DNA from: a virus
Taxonomy: Duplodnaviria; Caudoviricetes
Reading direction: 5' to 3' (one strand)
IMG/VR virus record: IMGVR_UViG_3300031853_000015
Span: 1-64,000 of that record
Length of the DNA stretch: 64,000 bases
Position 1 is the first letter of the stretch. Each line of letters opens with the position of its first letter. Positions 47,801 through 60,800 of this stretch are shown here, in pieces. Position numbers and translations under genes: made by a program. The notes below the pieces were generated by a model, which worked only from the letters and a program-made list of their open reading frames with translations, had not been told where the DNA came from and ran no database searches.

Positions 47801-48287
47801 TAGTATTATTCTTAATATAATCTATATTTGCCTGATTAGCTTTAACTCCCCAACCAGCATCAATTAAACTACCTACTCCTTTGGTTATTCCTCCTGCCAT
47901 AGCTAACCAAGGATTGCCCTACTAAAGACCTGTTTTAGTTAAGCTTACTCCTATATCACCTACAGCTCCTCCTACATTAGATTCTCTTCCTCCTGTAAGA
48001 TAATGGAAAGGGTCTGCTATATCCCATAAACCTCTTTTATTAGCATTAGACTTACCTATACTATCAAATGTTTGGGATAGTCCCCCTAATATTCCCCAAG
48101 CAGCACCTCCTTTACCCCAAGCTTCACTCCAAGCAGAAGTCTTGGGTTTTGAAGCAGAGAAGATTAAAGATGGGAACTTAAGGCCTTGTGCTATATTAAC
48201 TCCTGGTCCTGGATCAAGTCTTATGTTGCTTAATAAGTTACTAGGTGTTGGTATTTTTCCTGAATATATTCCTGTTTCTGTAAACAT
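44817..48287 (-). CDS. crAss-like virion protein, ~1156 aa, TAG=Gln, with Gln/Ala-rich tract
   Basis: Six fragments in frame. Contains HERNPNGGVPMGTDS(Q)GVPNLLEEGEVVYDDYVFSNRL and AYGG/AFGG repeats. Ends TAA 44817. Confidence 0.75.
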
Positions 48288-48304
48288 AAATAAATATTTT
48301 TGTT

Positions 48305-48338
48305 TGCAAAGATACGGAAAAAATTATTTTTATGCAAG
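48305..48338 (-). promoter_or_regulatory. Bacteroidota sigma-A type promoter
   Basis: Minus strand CTTG (48338-35)-N20-TATCTTTG (48314-07)CA, about 20 nt before ATG 48287. Confidence 0.8.
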
Positions 48339-48390
48339 ACTATAAGTAATTTAGTAATCTAATATAACAAATCTAGGTATAAAAAATAAC

Positions 48391-48423
48391 AAAAAAGTAG
48401 GAAACTTTTAAAAGTCTCCTACT
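48391..48423 (-). terminator. intrinsic terminator after the tail stabiliser-like gene
   Basis: Near-palindrome AGTAGGAAACTTTTAAAAGTCTCCTACT, with an A6 giving a T-run on the minus strand. Confidence 0.65.
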
Positions 48424-48454
48424 AATTTTAAAGATAATTTTCCTAAAAATACTT

Positions 48455-51400
48455 TTAAGTAAAATAAGTCATTGCTATATCATGTATCTCAGTTCTAGGT
48501 AAATTAGCCTCTTCATTTTTCTATAACTTAATGTATACCCAAGGATTCCTTATTCTATCATTAGCATGTTTCTTAAATCTGAATATCCCTCTTTCATTTT
48601 CTTCAAGAGCATTTACCTCATAATTATCTCTTGGAATATCACATCTCCATATTCTGAACTTTCTTTTAAGAGAAGCATCATTTGAATCTGAGAAATGTTG
48701 ATACTATTTATATCCAGGAAGATTTTTCAGATAAGCTATACCATGCTAATATTCATTCCAAACCTCAAGAGAATCTACAGGAAGACTAGGGGTAAATTTA
48801 TTAGTAGTACTATCAAATACTCCTTCTCCTTCTACACTGGCTCTAAATTCCAAATTAGTGAAAATCTTATCCAAGGTAGGGTCTTGATTACCAACAAGAA
48901 TAGTGTAATAAGGTTTAATACTTCCAAAGAACTCTCCATACTCTCCTTTTTGATGTTGCCATAAAGTAATATGGTGTTCTACTTCTTTAGGAGGCTCTCC
49001 TTCTTTAACAATATAACTAATTGGTTTTACCCATATACCCATATCCTCAAAGTTACAGAACCAAGGAGCACCCTCATAGTTATAGAAACTGGTAAAAGTT
49101 CCTAATTTTTCATTATAAGCTAATGCAGTATTCTAATTAATAAACATTACCTCTTGATTCTTATTATCATAAATAGTTCTGAAATCTCCAAAATCTGAAG
49201 GATTCCAGCCATTCTCTGTAAGGTTAATATTTTTCTTAGCCCAAGTATTAAAGCCTAGAGAAGTACTTAAATTATTTAATTCATCATTAAATAAGAAAAT
49301 ATTCTTCCCAATAGAATCAATAAAGTATATACCCTTAGGACTATTAGCTATAGACCATTTATTACTACATCCTATAGTATTACTTAAATACCTTTTGCCC
49401 TATACTTTACCACTGTTAGCTATTTCAATAGGAACCCCTTCAGTACTAGATATCTGTACATTTTCATTATAAAGAATCTAACTGATACCTCTATCTTGAA
49501 AACATATTATCTAATCATTGAATCTCTATAGACTTCTAATTTCTCCTTTATCTCCATCTAGTTCCAATACATTGGCAAGGGTAATATTAGTCCATAAATC
49601 TACATCAGCTCCAGAGTTTTTAGTTTTAGTAAAGGTAATTTGGTTAGGATATTTAGCAATATCTAATATATTTTTTACTATAGTATTACTAAAAAAATTA
49701 TCTTGCTATGAGTATATTGGGTTTACTTGATTAAAATTTTGAGGACCCATTACAGTATTATCTACCTGCCCTCTATTTTTATCATACCTACCATCAATAT
49801 TTACACGGGTTTCACACATAAAGCTGAGTATCTCTACTAACTGATTAGAATCTTCTGCAGTATAAGGATATGTTTTCAGACAGTCATATCTTTGATAATA
49901 AGTATCTCCTTTATTCCAGACTATTGTAGTGTCTTCTCCCTCTTTAATATCTACAGATTCCCCAGCAACTATCCAAGTGTTATTTCTTAAAGCTACCTCA
50001 GTTTTTCCTCCAAATTTATTATCTACTTCTTTATATAATTCTCCAACCCAAAGATAATTATATAAATTAGGACTAAAATAAGTATCTGACTAATAGTCAA
50101 AACTGTTTTCTGTCTAATTTTTTGTATAATTTAATCGAACAAAAAGTCTATCATTAAAGATAATTTTTGTATCTCCCCAAAAAGTTTTATCATAATTAGC
50201 ATTACCATAGTATCCTACTTTTTCTAAAGCCTCTGTTTCCTTAAAAGAATCCACTGTTTCTTTATTAGGAAGAGATTTGTTTGAGGAATAATATATTCCA
50301 TAAGGAAGGATTGGAATTCTAATAGGAATGTGCTCTTCTGCAATACCATCTACCTCAAACCCATTAAGAGCTATTACTATATGAGAAGTAGATTTATACT
50401 TCATCTCTATAGGAGTATTGATTGTACCTGTAGACTCCCAGACATTATACTATATAGGATACCCTTTTTCATTATATAATATAGTATCTATATTAGGATA
50501 ATAATTTATATATGAAGCAGTATCTTTTTGAGGATTTAATCTATAATTAAATACCTCAGCATTTTCAGTAAGAATTGATGCAGCACTTATATCCGCATAT
50601 TCAACTATATTATTCCCTTTACTTAAATACTTAGTATTAGTAGAATATAAAAGATGGGAAATTTTTTTAGTACTTAACAAAGAAGAAGCTTTATCTTCTC
50701 CTCTAAAATCATTATTTAAAGATCCTTTCCTTTGCCAGGGATATACAGCAAAATTTACAAGATTTTCAGTTTTTATTTTATCATCATCTTCTTCCTAAGA
50801 AGCATCTGCTTTTACTAAGGCATCCTACCATAGATATTCTGTAACTAAACGATTTCCTGCATTTATATCTAAATTAAAATGAGTTACATTGGTTCCTAAG
50901 TCTCCTATACCAAATAACCTGATACCTCCACTGTTATTATGATAAGATTCTAACATAGAAGATTTTGTAAATATTTTATGGTAAGAAGAGTTTGCTGTTA
51001 TAGGTATTAATCCTATAATTCTCAATTTATAATTATTTAGACTATTATTTTGAACATCTGTATCGAATTCTATATCAGGAGAATTTAAAGTTACTATACT
51101 TTGGTCTACAAAAAACTAAGTATTAGATTTATTAGACTAGTCATTAATAGTAGAATCAAAAACATCAGTGTAAGTAGCTACTGCTCCTTGAATTTCAGAT
51201 TTATAAACATCTTTTGAATTTTTAGTAACCAGTGTTTCATAATGATTAAATGCTAAAGGATATCCTTCTGTATTAGTATCTTGAGCTACAGAATTTTCTT
51301 CTACACTTTTATATAGTATCTTAAAAATGTGTGTTTCTGTCTCATTAAGAACTGAAAATTTAAAGGTAAACTAAGAAGGAGCCCCTTCATAAGTAATTTT

Positions 51401-53509
51401 TTGATAATATGGCTGAAGACGGTCTGTAAATCTCATACCTTCTCCCATGACAAAAGGAGTCCTAGGTAGGACATAAGAAGAACCTTCCTCTATTTTAGGA
51501 GGATATTTTACATCAAAAATTTCTTCTTCTTGTATCTAGGGAGTATATTGACCTATCCACTATCCACGCTAAGAATCTTCTGTTTTTTCCTAGGACCACT
51601 CCTATTCACTAATAAGAATATATTGATGTACATTATGGTTTTTATAGTCACCTTCTTCAATAGGTATTACTTTACGATTATTACATTCTATAATACCTAT
51701 TATATTAAAGGTAGAATAATTATCCTACTTAATAAAACGATCCTCATTTATATATTTTATATAGGAGGATTTGTAGCCTAGTTTTTTAGTTGTCCTTAAA
51801 TCATCAATTACAGTTTCCGTAGTATTAACTACTAATATAAATACTTCAAAAGTAAGGTTAGGATTATTACTAAAAAACTCATCTAATTTTAAATCTTCTC
51901 CAGATTCAATTTTAGATTCTGGTACTTCTACAGTTATATGACTTTCCTTAGTATTAATCATATAAGGCCTGAAGAACCAAGATGCCTAAGCAAATGGAGC
52001 TTTATTAACTCTACCTTCTACATTAAACACAGTAGGATTCAGTACTCCCTAACATAATACCTCTCTTTCTCCTATATTAGGAAATACTACTAAAGGTCGT
52101 ACTTTTTTATATTTTGAAATATCTATACCCTACAATATTGTTTCGAAGTTTATTTTTGCACTTGCTTTTACTAACTATGTTTCTCCTTGTATTGTAGTTT
52201 TTGGATATAAAGTATTTTTTATATCATCTATATAAATAGGATTTGACCACTCACCTGTTTCTGTTTGTAGTTGGATACCAAATCTATAAGTTTCTCCTCC
52301 TTTAAAAGTAGTTATCTCTTCTTGATTCTTAGTAGCTATTTGATTCACATGATTATATATATCTCTAGAAACAATAGAAGTATGAAAAGGGTCTTTATAA
52401 TTAAAACTTATTAAAGACTTCAGGTTTTTATTTTCTCTATTTAATCTATCTGAATTAAAAGCATTTTGAATATTCTAAACTATATTAGCAGGCATCTATA
52501 TATTTCCTAAAAACAGAGTTTGATCTTTGTCAATCATTGTTAAAGGATGAATCTCTATGCCTCCTATATAAAGTAATTCTGTAGGATCCATAGTACTTCC
52601 AGTAGTACCATTATCTACATAAACAATATCTGCTGAATCTTCATTTGAAGATGTATAAGGTATAGGAATAACATCAAGCAACTTTACTAAAGGAACATCA
52701 TCTATTGAAGTTCTCTAAACACTATATAGACGGATACTTTCAAAGGATACATCTAAACCTGTAATACTTATTTTTAAAGAGTTTGATACTTTATCTTTAG
52801 GACTAGCCCCTCTTTCAGGATAAGAAAGATAATATAAAGGAGAAAAGTCTACTATATTACTCTATTGACCATATGTGTTAGAATAACTGAAGCAATATTG
52901 AATTACTCCTGGAGCAAATAATCCTCCTGCATCTGGAGTATTAACAACAGTAAAACTTGAAGGATGCTTAAATGTAGGAATAAAATCAAAAGAAGTGTCT
53001 CCCCATTTTCCTTGTTGTTCAGGAGTAGCAGCTATATTAATCATCCTAGATTGATTTTTTCCATCAACCCAGTATACTTTCTATATATGTTCTGCTTCAT
53101 AACTTACATGGGTCTCCAAAGGATGTTCTACATCCATATTTAAATTTCCATGATATAATTCTCCTAATAGAAAAACACCTTCTTTTACTACAGCTGCTTT
53201 ATATATATAATTTGGTTTATTATATTTATCTTTCTCATCAACAGTAAATAATACTAAAATATGATTTAATACAGCAGTTCCTATTACAGTACCTTTTATA
53301 GTATCCTCTATAAGAGTCTATGAATCATTTACACTAACTAAAGTAATTTCTTTAGTACCTTTTTCATTTACCCAACTCATTAAAGTATTACCTTCATTAG
53401 TGCTTAACCTTAGGTTCATGTTTTCAAAGGAGAAGTCAGGATTGAAAGCTGAAACACTCTAATCCTGATTCATTCCTTTAGTTTTCCAATTTATCGCTTT
53501 CTTGCCCAT
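48455..53509 (-). CDS. tail stabilisation (muzzle)-like protein, ~1684 aa, TAG=Gln
   Basis: Seven fragments in frame. N-terminus KGMN.D.SVSAFNPDFSFENMNLR and C-terminal KRKFRIWRCDIPRD are recalled crAss features; size and position fit. Confidence 0.7.
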
Positions 53510-53515
53510 AATAAA

Positions 53516-54232
53516 TTAATGCTGTTTAATATACTCTCTATCACCTAAATTTCTAAACCCATTGTCAAAGTCTGTAGTTCTTTGAATCAATGTAGTCCAA
53601 CTCCTACAAATACTTTCCATTTCACTTTCTGAAGGTATATTGTATTCACTAGTAAGCTGCCCAGCTCTCCAAGCATACTGCTATTCTGTATGACTTAATA
53701 CATCCCCTTTAATAGCACCTTCATCAAATAATATAGTGAATACTTCTACTTTTATATACAACTCTAGAGTTTTCAAATAAGTAGGATTATCTGGAATTAA
53801 AGGAAAGTTATATTCATCTACAGGTATGGCTTTATAACTTACTTTAACTTCTCCATCTTCAAAAGAAGTAAAGATAATATGATTCTATACTCTAAAAGTA
53901 AGTTCATCTGCATATCCTGTATAACCTGCAGTCTTCTTTCCTCTCTAGTAATTATCAGGAAAGAAGGTGTCTGTCATACTTCTCATACAAGTATGACTGC
54001 ACATGTCCATTACCTAATTAATAGAGATAAGATCACAAGGTAATTCTCCTCTATGACATTTTATTGGGACTATTATTTCTTTATCCTCAAACATTTCAGG
54101 AAGACCAAATATATGAATAAAGTCTATTGTATACTAGACAGCTTGTTCCATATTGACTTTTTTAAGCTTAGGGTGTCTTAATATCCTACTTAATACTTCC
54201 TGCAATTTAATATATTTCACATTCTTATTCAT
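53516..54232 (-). CDS. tail ring/tubular-type protein, ~238 aa, TAG=Gln
   Basis: MNKNVKYIKLQEVLSRILRHPKLKKVNMEQAV(Q)YTIDFIHIFG; ends TAA. Absent from the track because of its TAGs. Confidence 0.7.
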
Positions 54233-54770
54233 ATCTTTTTAATACAAAAGCATCAAGAGTTCCTGCTCTGGCACTCTTAGTTAAACCTTCTTTTATTCTT
54301 CTATTAGGTTGAAAAGCATAAAAACTTTTATTTTTATAGTTAGCATCTTTCTTATTATAGTATACTTTAAATACTTCCTCAGTTTCTATTCTTACAATAG
54401 TCTTATTATCAAAAGCCTCTTTATCTTCATACCACAGTTTTAAAGTAGCATCTATATCTATAGGAAGACTCGTAACAAGTTTACCATCAATTATAGCTAC
54501 TCTTGTAGGTCTTTTTCTTATTTCAAGAGTACCTAATCTATGAGGAAGATTAATAGCATTTCCTTTTGATAATTCTATAGCAAGAAGGTCATTAATACTT
54601 CTTATTATACTATAAAATTCTCCTTCTTTTAAAGGTCTTGGAATGTCAAACCATTTATTTTTTCTTATGTATTTGTAAGCATCATATGAACCTAAAGACC
54701 CAGTAACTTTATGATGTCTTGGTAAATTTAATTTCTATACTTTTCTTTTAAATTCTTCATACTCCTCCAT
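54225..54770 (-). CDS. IHF/HU-like DNA-binding protein, ~181 aa, TAG=Gln
   Basis: MEEYEEFKRKV(Q)KLNLPRHHKVTGSLGSYDAYKYIRK...INLPHRLGTLEIRKR; recalled crAss IHF-like family. Confidence 0.6.
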
Positions 54771-54785
54771 ATATCTTTCTTTTTA

Positions 54786-55517
54786 TTAAGAAGTTATTTG
54801 TCTAGCTAAATCTGATTTCATATTTCTTCTTATATAAGCAATGATATCAGATAAATCATCATTATCATTGTTTGCTTTGTCTTTAGGCCTGTAATTAACT
54901 CCAAGAAGTTCCTTTGTAATAAGTTCTATCATTTGGGGAATTAAATCAGCCTATAAAGGAAAATTCTACTCCAATATATCACAATTAGCCCCAGTATCAT
55001 CACAGACTAATTCTGCAGCCTTCTGAGAATCCTCAAATACTCCTGTAACCTTTGCTTTCTTAAGATATTTGAATTGAGGATTAGCAGAGTTAAAATAAAT
55101 ATGATTATCAGAACCTAAGGTACAATAGATAATATTTCTAAGGTATTGATTATGCCCAACATATTTAAATCTTTCTTTTGATACAAAGGCTGTCATAATA
55201 CTAAATAAATCCACTAAATTAACCCTAACAGATTCTTCATTTACCACATCAGGAATTTCCTATACTGACCTTAAATATATATCATTGCAATATTCCAATC
55301 CTGGTATTGCATCTGTTTTTTCAAGGTCTATACAGAGGGTCTATTCATTTGAAGAGGATAAAGCACTCTCCCCTTCCTTTAATTTTTTCTAGGCTATTAA
55401 AAATAATCTATATTGATTAGCTAAAAATATAACATGTTCTTCTGTTATATCACTGTCTCCAGAATGTGCTTTAATCTCATCTAGCACAGTGTATACAATA
55501 TCTTTGTAAGTTGCCAT
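54786..55517 (-). CDS. ring-type structural protein, ~243 aa, TAG=Gln
   Basis: Start MATYKDIVYTVLDEIK is in frame with fragment 54966-55247; ends TAA. Confidence 0.7.
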
Positions 55518-55543
55518 ATATTATACATTGATAAAATCCTTGC

Positions 55544-55577
55544 TGCAAAGATACTAATAATATCTTAAATCAGCAAG
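55544..55577 (-). promoter_or_regulatory. Bacteroidota sigma-A type promoter inside an inverted repeat
   Basis: Minus strand CTTG (55577-74)-N20-TATCTTTG (55553-46)CA. Confidence 0.75.
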
Positions 55578-55611
55578 GAGTTTTATAAGTTTGTGTATTA
55601 AAATTACTAAA

Positions 55612-55959
55612 TTACTAATCTACTAATCTAAGACCTTCCTCAGCTTCAGTATGTCTTATTATCTCATCTTCTGTAATTCTGACAGGTTCCAAAACAGTAT
55701 ATCCATTTACAGGAAGACTCATCGATTTATATTGTTTATAAGGAATAAGACAAGAAGCTCCTGATAAGCACTGTATAATACTCTCTATTTTATTATAATC
55801 CTCCTCAGTTATATAATATTCATAATTTTGAAGAAATTCTTGAAGGAATTGTAGTAGAATTAACTTATTTACATTAGTTTCTGAGGTGTAGCCAACTTTT
55901 TCAAGAACTGTAAAATATCTTTCAAGAGAATCATAAGTTAGTTTATCCAATTCTTCCAT
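55612..55959 (-). CDS. conserved crAss-like protein (~115 aa) ending TAG-TAA
   Basis: MEELDKLTYDSLERYF...; TAG 55615-17 is directly followed by TAA. Confidence 0.75.
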
Positions 55960-56485
55960 GACATCCACAATTATAAGTTATAGTCTTTTCTTTCTCATCA
56001 AAGAATGCATTCCAGTACTCAATAGCTTTCAAATAATTTCCTGTAAGAAGACTTAAATCAAAAGCTTTACCTCTAAGAATATAATCTATGAAATTACTTG
56101 CAGGATTACATCCTTCAATTTCATTTATAAGATTCATCCCCTAAATATACCAAGGATATTTATCATAAGTAACCCCTAGTATAACACCTTCTCCCATACC
56201 GCATGGAGTATCTTCAGAAGGTTCACCAGTAGATATAGTATATACAAAGAATAGATTATCAGCAATACTATCAATATCTATAAACTATCTGAAATGCTTA
56301 ACATTACCACAATCTATAGTCATTAAAGGTTTAGAAGAAGGACCTGCGGCTGAAAATGTTTTCTATGTATCTATAATTATACTATCGAGATAAACATTCT
56401 CATAGTATTCCATATCCTATACTTGAACATCAATTATAAGATGCTTTTTATCTGGTGTAATTCTTAAGTCATTGTACTAAATCAT
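55943..56485 (-). CDS. conserved crAss-like structural protein, ~180 aa, TAG=Gln
   Basis: MI(Q)YNDLRITPDKKHLIIDVQV(Q)DMEYYENVYLDSIIIDT(Q)KTF...NCGCHGRIG-TAA. Confidence 0.75.
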
Positions 56486-56510
56486 ATATCTATTCTTTTA
56501 TTATTAAACT

Positions 56511-56540
56511 AAAAAAGGGAAGGGATTATTCCCTTCCCTT
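56511..56540 (-). terminator. intrinsic terminator
   Basis: AAGGGAAGGGA-TTAT-TCCCTTCCCTT, with an A-run giving a T-tract on the minus strand. Confidence 0.85.
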
Positions 56541-56555
56541 ATAGGGTTTCTTTAA

Positions 56556-57698
56556 TTAAGGATTCTAGTTTTCTGCAGTATTTTCAAGCTCTGCTACTCT
56601 TTCCTCAATAGTCTTTGGATAAGTTGCATTGTTATTTGCTGTACCATCATAGAGGTCAGTTTTATGAACAATAGAACTCAAGCCTAAACCAGTGATTACA
56701 GCATCCAGCACAGCCTTTGTTTCAGCAAGAATAGTCATAGTCTTTTCAGAGTTCTGAATATCCTCACATGTGCCTTTATAAGCATACTGAATATCCAAGC
56801 AGTAGTAAGTCTTTGTAGGATCTACAAAATACTTAGTAGGAATACTATTAGGCCACATGATATTTCTGTACTGATCACCTCTTTCACCCATGCAGAAATA
56901 CTCAAGGTTTGCCATTTTATAACCATTACCTACAACTTGATTATAAGTAGCAGTGTAATCAGTTACAGTTCCCCAATTTACTTCACCTGCCTGAGGATCA
57001 GTTACTGTAGTAGGAATAACCTGGAAGTATACTGGAGTATACTGTTTATTCAGTGCCCACTCATTTACTTGACTCATCTCTGCGATAATCAGTTTAGTAG
57101 GAGAAGCAACAGCTGTACCTGTAGCTGTAGAAACCTCAGAAGTAGGTACATAGGTAAATGTAATATTACCTGTGGAATCTTTGGAAGCACTCTTAATCAG
57201 GGTAAAACCATTAGCATCAGCAAGACCTACATAAAGCAGAGGTGCATATGTTCTATGGAAATTCTTTACCAGAGAATAAGCCATTTCTTTTAGGAAAGTA
57301 GCTTTATCAGAAGATGTACAATGTACAGCTCCAAACTTCTGATAGAGATCTTCATCAGACGCTCCATACAACTGACGGAAATTAATTCTTACAATATAAT
57401 CCTGTCCTACAATAGGATTACCACTATTAACTGTGCTCTTTAGCTCTAAAGCATAAGCCTTCAGTTTAATTTCAGTATCCTTGGGTCCTGATGCATTAGC
57501 CCACATGATACTCTTAGGATTGATAAGGTCACTTCTTACAATGCCTCCATATCCATTTTGGTTAATAAACTTGCAGCCTTCTTTATCAGAACCTACATAA
57601 ATTTTACCAAGATTGGCTGCTCCCTGAATGCCTGCAAGGGTATTCTCTACTGCCTTTGCAACATACAGTTGTCTGTTTTGATTAGTCGAAAAAGTCAT
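56556..57698 (-). CDS. abundant capsid-associated (auxiliary capsid-like) protein, ~380 aa
   Basis: MTFSTNQNRQLYVAK start recalled from crAss virion proteins. The only TAG is 3 codons before the TAA (TAG AAT CCT TAA). Confidence 0.7.
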
Positions 57699-57731
57699 TT
57701 TCGTAAAGTATTAAGTTAAACATCAGTGAGT

Positions 57732-58463
57732 TTATTCCCCACTATTACCTTTATTATTAAATATTGTTTTACTAGCAAGAGCTAATTGTACTGCTCTTTT
57801 TAGTATAGTTTTATGAAGTATACCATTAAGTTTACAAGAGGTCTCTTCAGATGTTCCTTCAATTTCAAGACCATTAGGCAACTTTTCTAATATTATTGGA
57901 GAAGGTTTAGCCAAGTATTTAATTAAATACTTATCAATAGGATATTTAGATATTAATTCTACAATATTATTTCCAGTATCCATTCTAAGCACTCTATGGT
58001 TAGTAGGGCCTCTAAAAGGGTTTCTGATTATTCTATTAAACTCATCTTGAGTTACAGGATAAACATCAGCTGTTTTTCCCTTATAACATCCTGCATCTTC
58101 ACCAAAAGTTACCTATTCAAAAGTAATAAAAGCTACATCCTTTTCAAGCTTGTAAAATACTGAATTAATATAAACCTTATCCTCAATAGAATCTAAAGTG
58201 TCTTCCGCAGTATAAGATTTGGTTTTTACCAGACCATCTAAATATCTTCTCAGTTCTTCAGAACTCTCAAAGGAATCTCCATAAGGATTTTTACCATTAT
58301 ATAGGTTTATTACTACTTCTTCTTGAGCCTAAGTAAGAAATAGAGATTTTTCATATTCATCTACTTCTATATTTAAAGAAGAACCTTCCTTACCAAAAAG
58401 AGCTTGTGTACTAAAACTATTTAAAAGTACATCAAATTCATCTGAAAACTGTTGATTAGTCAT
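57732..58463 (-). CDS. ring-type structural protein, ~243 aa, TAG=Gln
   Basis: MTNQQFSDEFDVLLN...DEYEKSLFLT(Q)AQEE...KPSPIILE...HKTILKRAVQLA; paralog of the adjacent gene. Confidence 0.75.
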
Positions 58464-58475
58464 AAGTATTATTTA

Positions 58476-59687
58476 TTACTCACTTCTCTATCCAGAAGTT
58501 ATATGTGTCTATACTGCAGCTATTTCTTCTTGGCTACTAGCCCAAGCTACTTTAGCTAACTCTACAGCTCTTTGTACTATCTCCTAATGAATCTCAGGAT
58601 GTAATTCACAAACATTATAACTACCATCTGTTTGTGCATCCTAACCTATATACTATCCCCAAGGTTTATCTTTACCCTCAATAGTTAATCCCTATGAACT
58701 GAGGTCTTCAAGAATAATTGGATAAGGAGTTCTTACATAACGAAGAGTGTATTTAACATCTTTTCCTTTATTTTTCCAATGAGGAATAATCTCCATTACT
58801 CCATTATCACCATTATCATTACTACCAAGAAGTTTCCATACCTGCCTTTTAAGAGGATCTCCAGAAGGTTTAGACATCAGTCTTTGATATTCCTCATGGG
58901 TAATAGGCAGTACTTGATAAAGTTGAGAAGCTATAGTAACTGATTCATGGAGCTATATATACAAATCTTTAGGAAAAGTAATTAAGACTCCTCTAGGGTC
59001 TAAAGTATTTATCCACATAGGACCTGTAGCCTCTAAATCTGTATAGGTAAACTCTGCAGTAAAAGAAGTTCCCTAAATATCTCCAAGATACTAGCTAATG
59101 GGATAAAAAGGATTTTCTGTTCCCTCTCTATATTCACAGCTTATATAAAAATGTCCTTTATCTGTAATAAAGAAAGAGTTTGTTGGAATGAGAAAAGTAT
59201 ATACTGTATAATCCCCTTCTTCCTCACCTAAAGATTCTACTACTAAGGTGTTTGTACCAGAAGAATCCCCTAATGTAAATGTTAAAGGATATATATCCAT
59301 GAAGGGAACAGCATTCTTTGGAATTTTTAAAACTGCTTTTCCCTATATCCTTATTCTAGTATGAGGAGTTTCAGGAATGTCATAGTAATATGAAGCCTAT
59401 GATAATAGCTGAGAAAGATCTTCCTATCTAGTAGTAACATTTCTGTTAGTAGTACTGGTAAATACTTTTATCAAGCATGAAAAATCAGACAGCCTTTTAT
59501 TAGAATCTTCAATACCCTGCTGATATTTATTTCCTCCTTGAACAGGAGTAAAATAATTCTTACTGAGCTCATTCTAAGCCTTAGTTAATAACTAAGACTT
59601 TTCAAATTCATTGAGCCCAGGGGCTTGATTACTGGATGCATTGTTATAAAGTAAATCAAATTCTGCAGAAAACTCATTTCCCGTCAT
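58476..59687 (-). CDS. ring-type structural protein with inserted domain, ~403 aa, TAG=Gln
   Basis: MTGNEFSAEFDLLYNNASSNQAPGLNEFEKS(Q)LLTKA(Q)NE...RYVRTPYPIIL...ELHPEIH...G(Q)RSE-TAA. Confidence 0.75.
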
Positions 59688-59700
59688 ATATTATATATTT

Positions 59701-60720
59701 TTATTGTTTAAGTTTTGCTTCAAGGCTTAACTTTAATTCCTGTCTCTTAGGATCATTAAGATATCTTGCAGCTACTGATAATACAGGTTCTTCACCTCCT
59801 TCACATAGAGGAGTATTATCACTTCTTAAATATAGATAATTAGCTTTCTTAGAGATAATACCTGCATCAATACACTTATTGATAAGTACTTTGGTTTCCA
59901 GAAGCTTATCTTGAACTACATTCAAGAAAAGTCTTGGGTCTGCCTCAAGTAATTCTCCTGCTTTGGTCTGCAGGAAATCCAATTTAGAATTAGCTGCCAA
60001 AGGTTTTCCTGTAATAGTCTCAATAACAAGTTTTAGAACATCAGCCTTATTTTCAATCTTACCATATTCAATGTAGCAGCGTCTCTTAGTAGTCATCTTG
60101 TCTCTAACAGAACTATTAACTTCATCCTCAGCTACTATAACAAATCTATAAGTTGCTTTAGGTTTATCACGAAGTTCATGAATACTTGGAGCAATCAAGT
60201 CCTTATTAGCAAGCAGTATCTTATACTTAATATAGTCAATAGGATCTGCCAAATTTAAAGGATTATCATACTTAGTCAGACGTACTCTTGAGATACCTCC
60301 TTCAGTATTATTACTCCAAAAATTATTCTCTTTATTATAGACATTTAAAGCTCCTGCTTCAAGACCCATAGCTGCTTCAAGAAAGTCTTTCTCATCATCA
60401 GTAAGAACGTTTTTATAAGTACCTGATCTTAGTTTAGGAACAGTAATTGTAACTACTGACCTCTCAGCCATACCTCCAAAAAGCACATGCTTTGGATTAT
60501 TAACAGTTCCTGGCTGAGGAATAAATTTAACTATCACAGTTTTATTCTATAAACAGTTAATTAAACCATCAGTACTTCTTTGCCTTTCTGCAACAGTTAC
60601 TTTACTATGTTTTAGTGGTTTAACAAGCTATGTCTCCTATTGCATTTGCTGCACATTTTGCACCTCTTCTGTGTCTAAGGTAAAATCCATAGCATCTTCT
60701 ACTTCTTCTTTTTTTGCCAT
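59701..60720 (-). CDS. conserved crAss protein downstream of the major capsid gene, ~339 aa (3 TAG near N-terminus)
   Basis: MAKKEEVEDAMDFTLD...LINCL(Q)NKTVIVKFIPQ...NPKHVLFGGMAE. Confidence 0.8.
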
Positions 60721-60756
60721 ATTTATTTATCTCCCTTTTAATTAAAATTATAAAAT

Positions 60757-60784
60757 GATTGTGGGAGACTTAACTCCCACAATC
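60757..60784 (-). terminator. intrinsic terminator after the major capsid gene
   Basis: GATTGTGGGAG-ACTTAA-CTCCCACAATC stem-loop. Confidence 0.75.
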
Positions 60785-60800
60785 TTTATTTTACTTTAGA

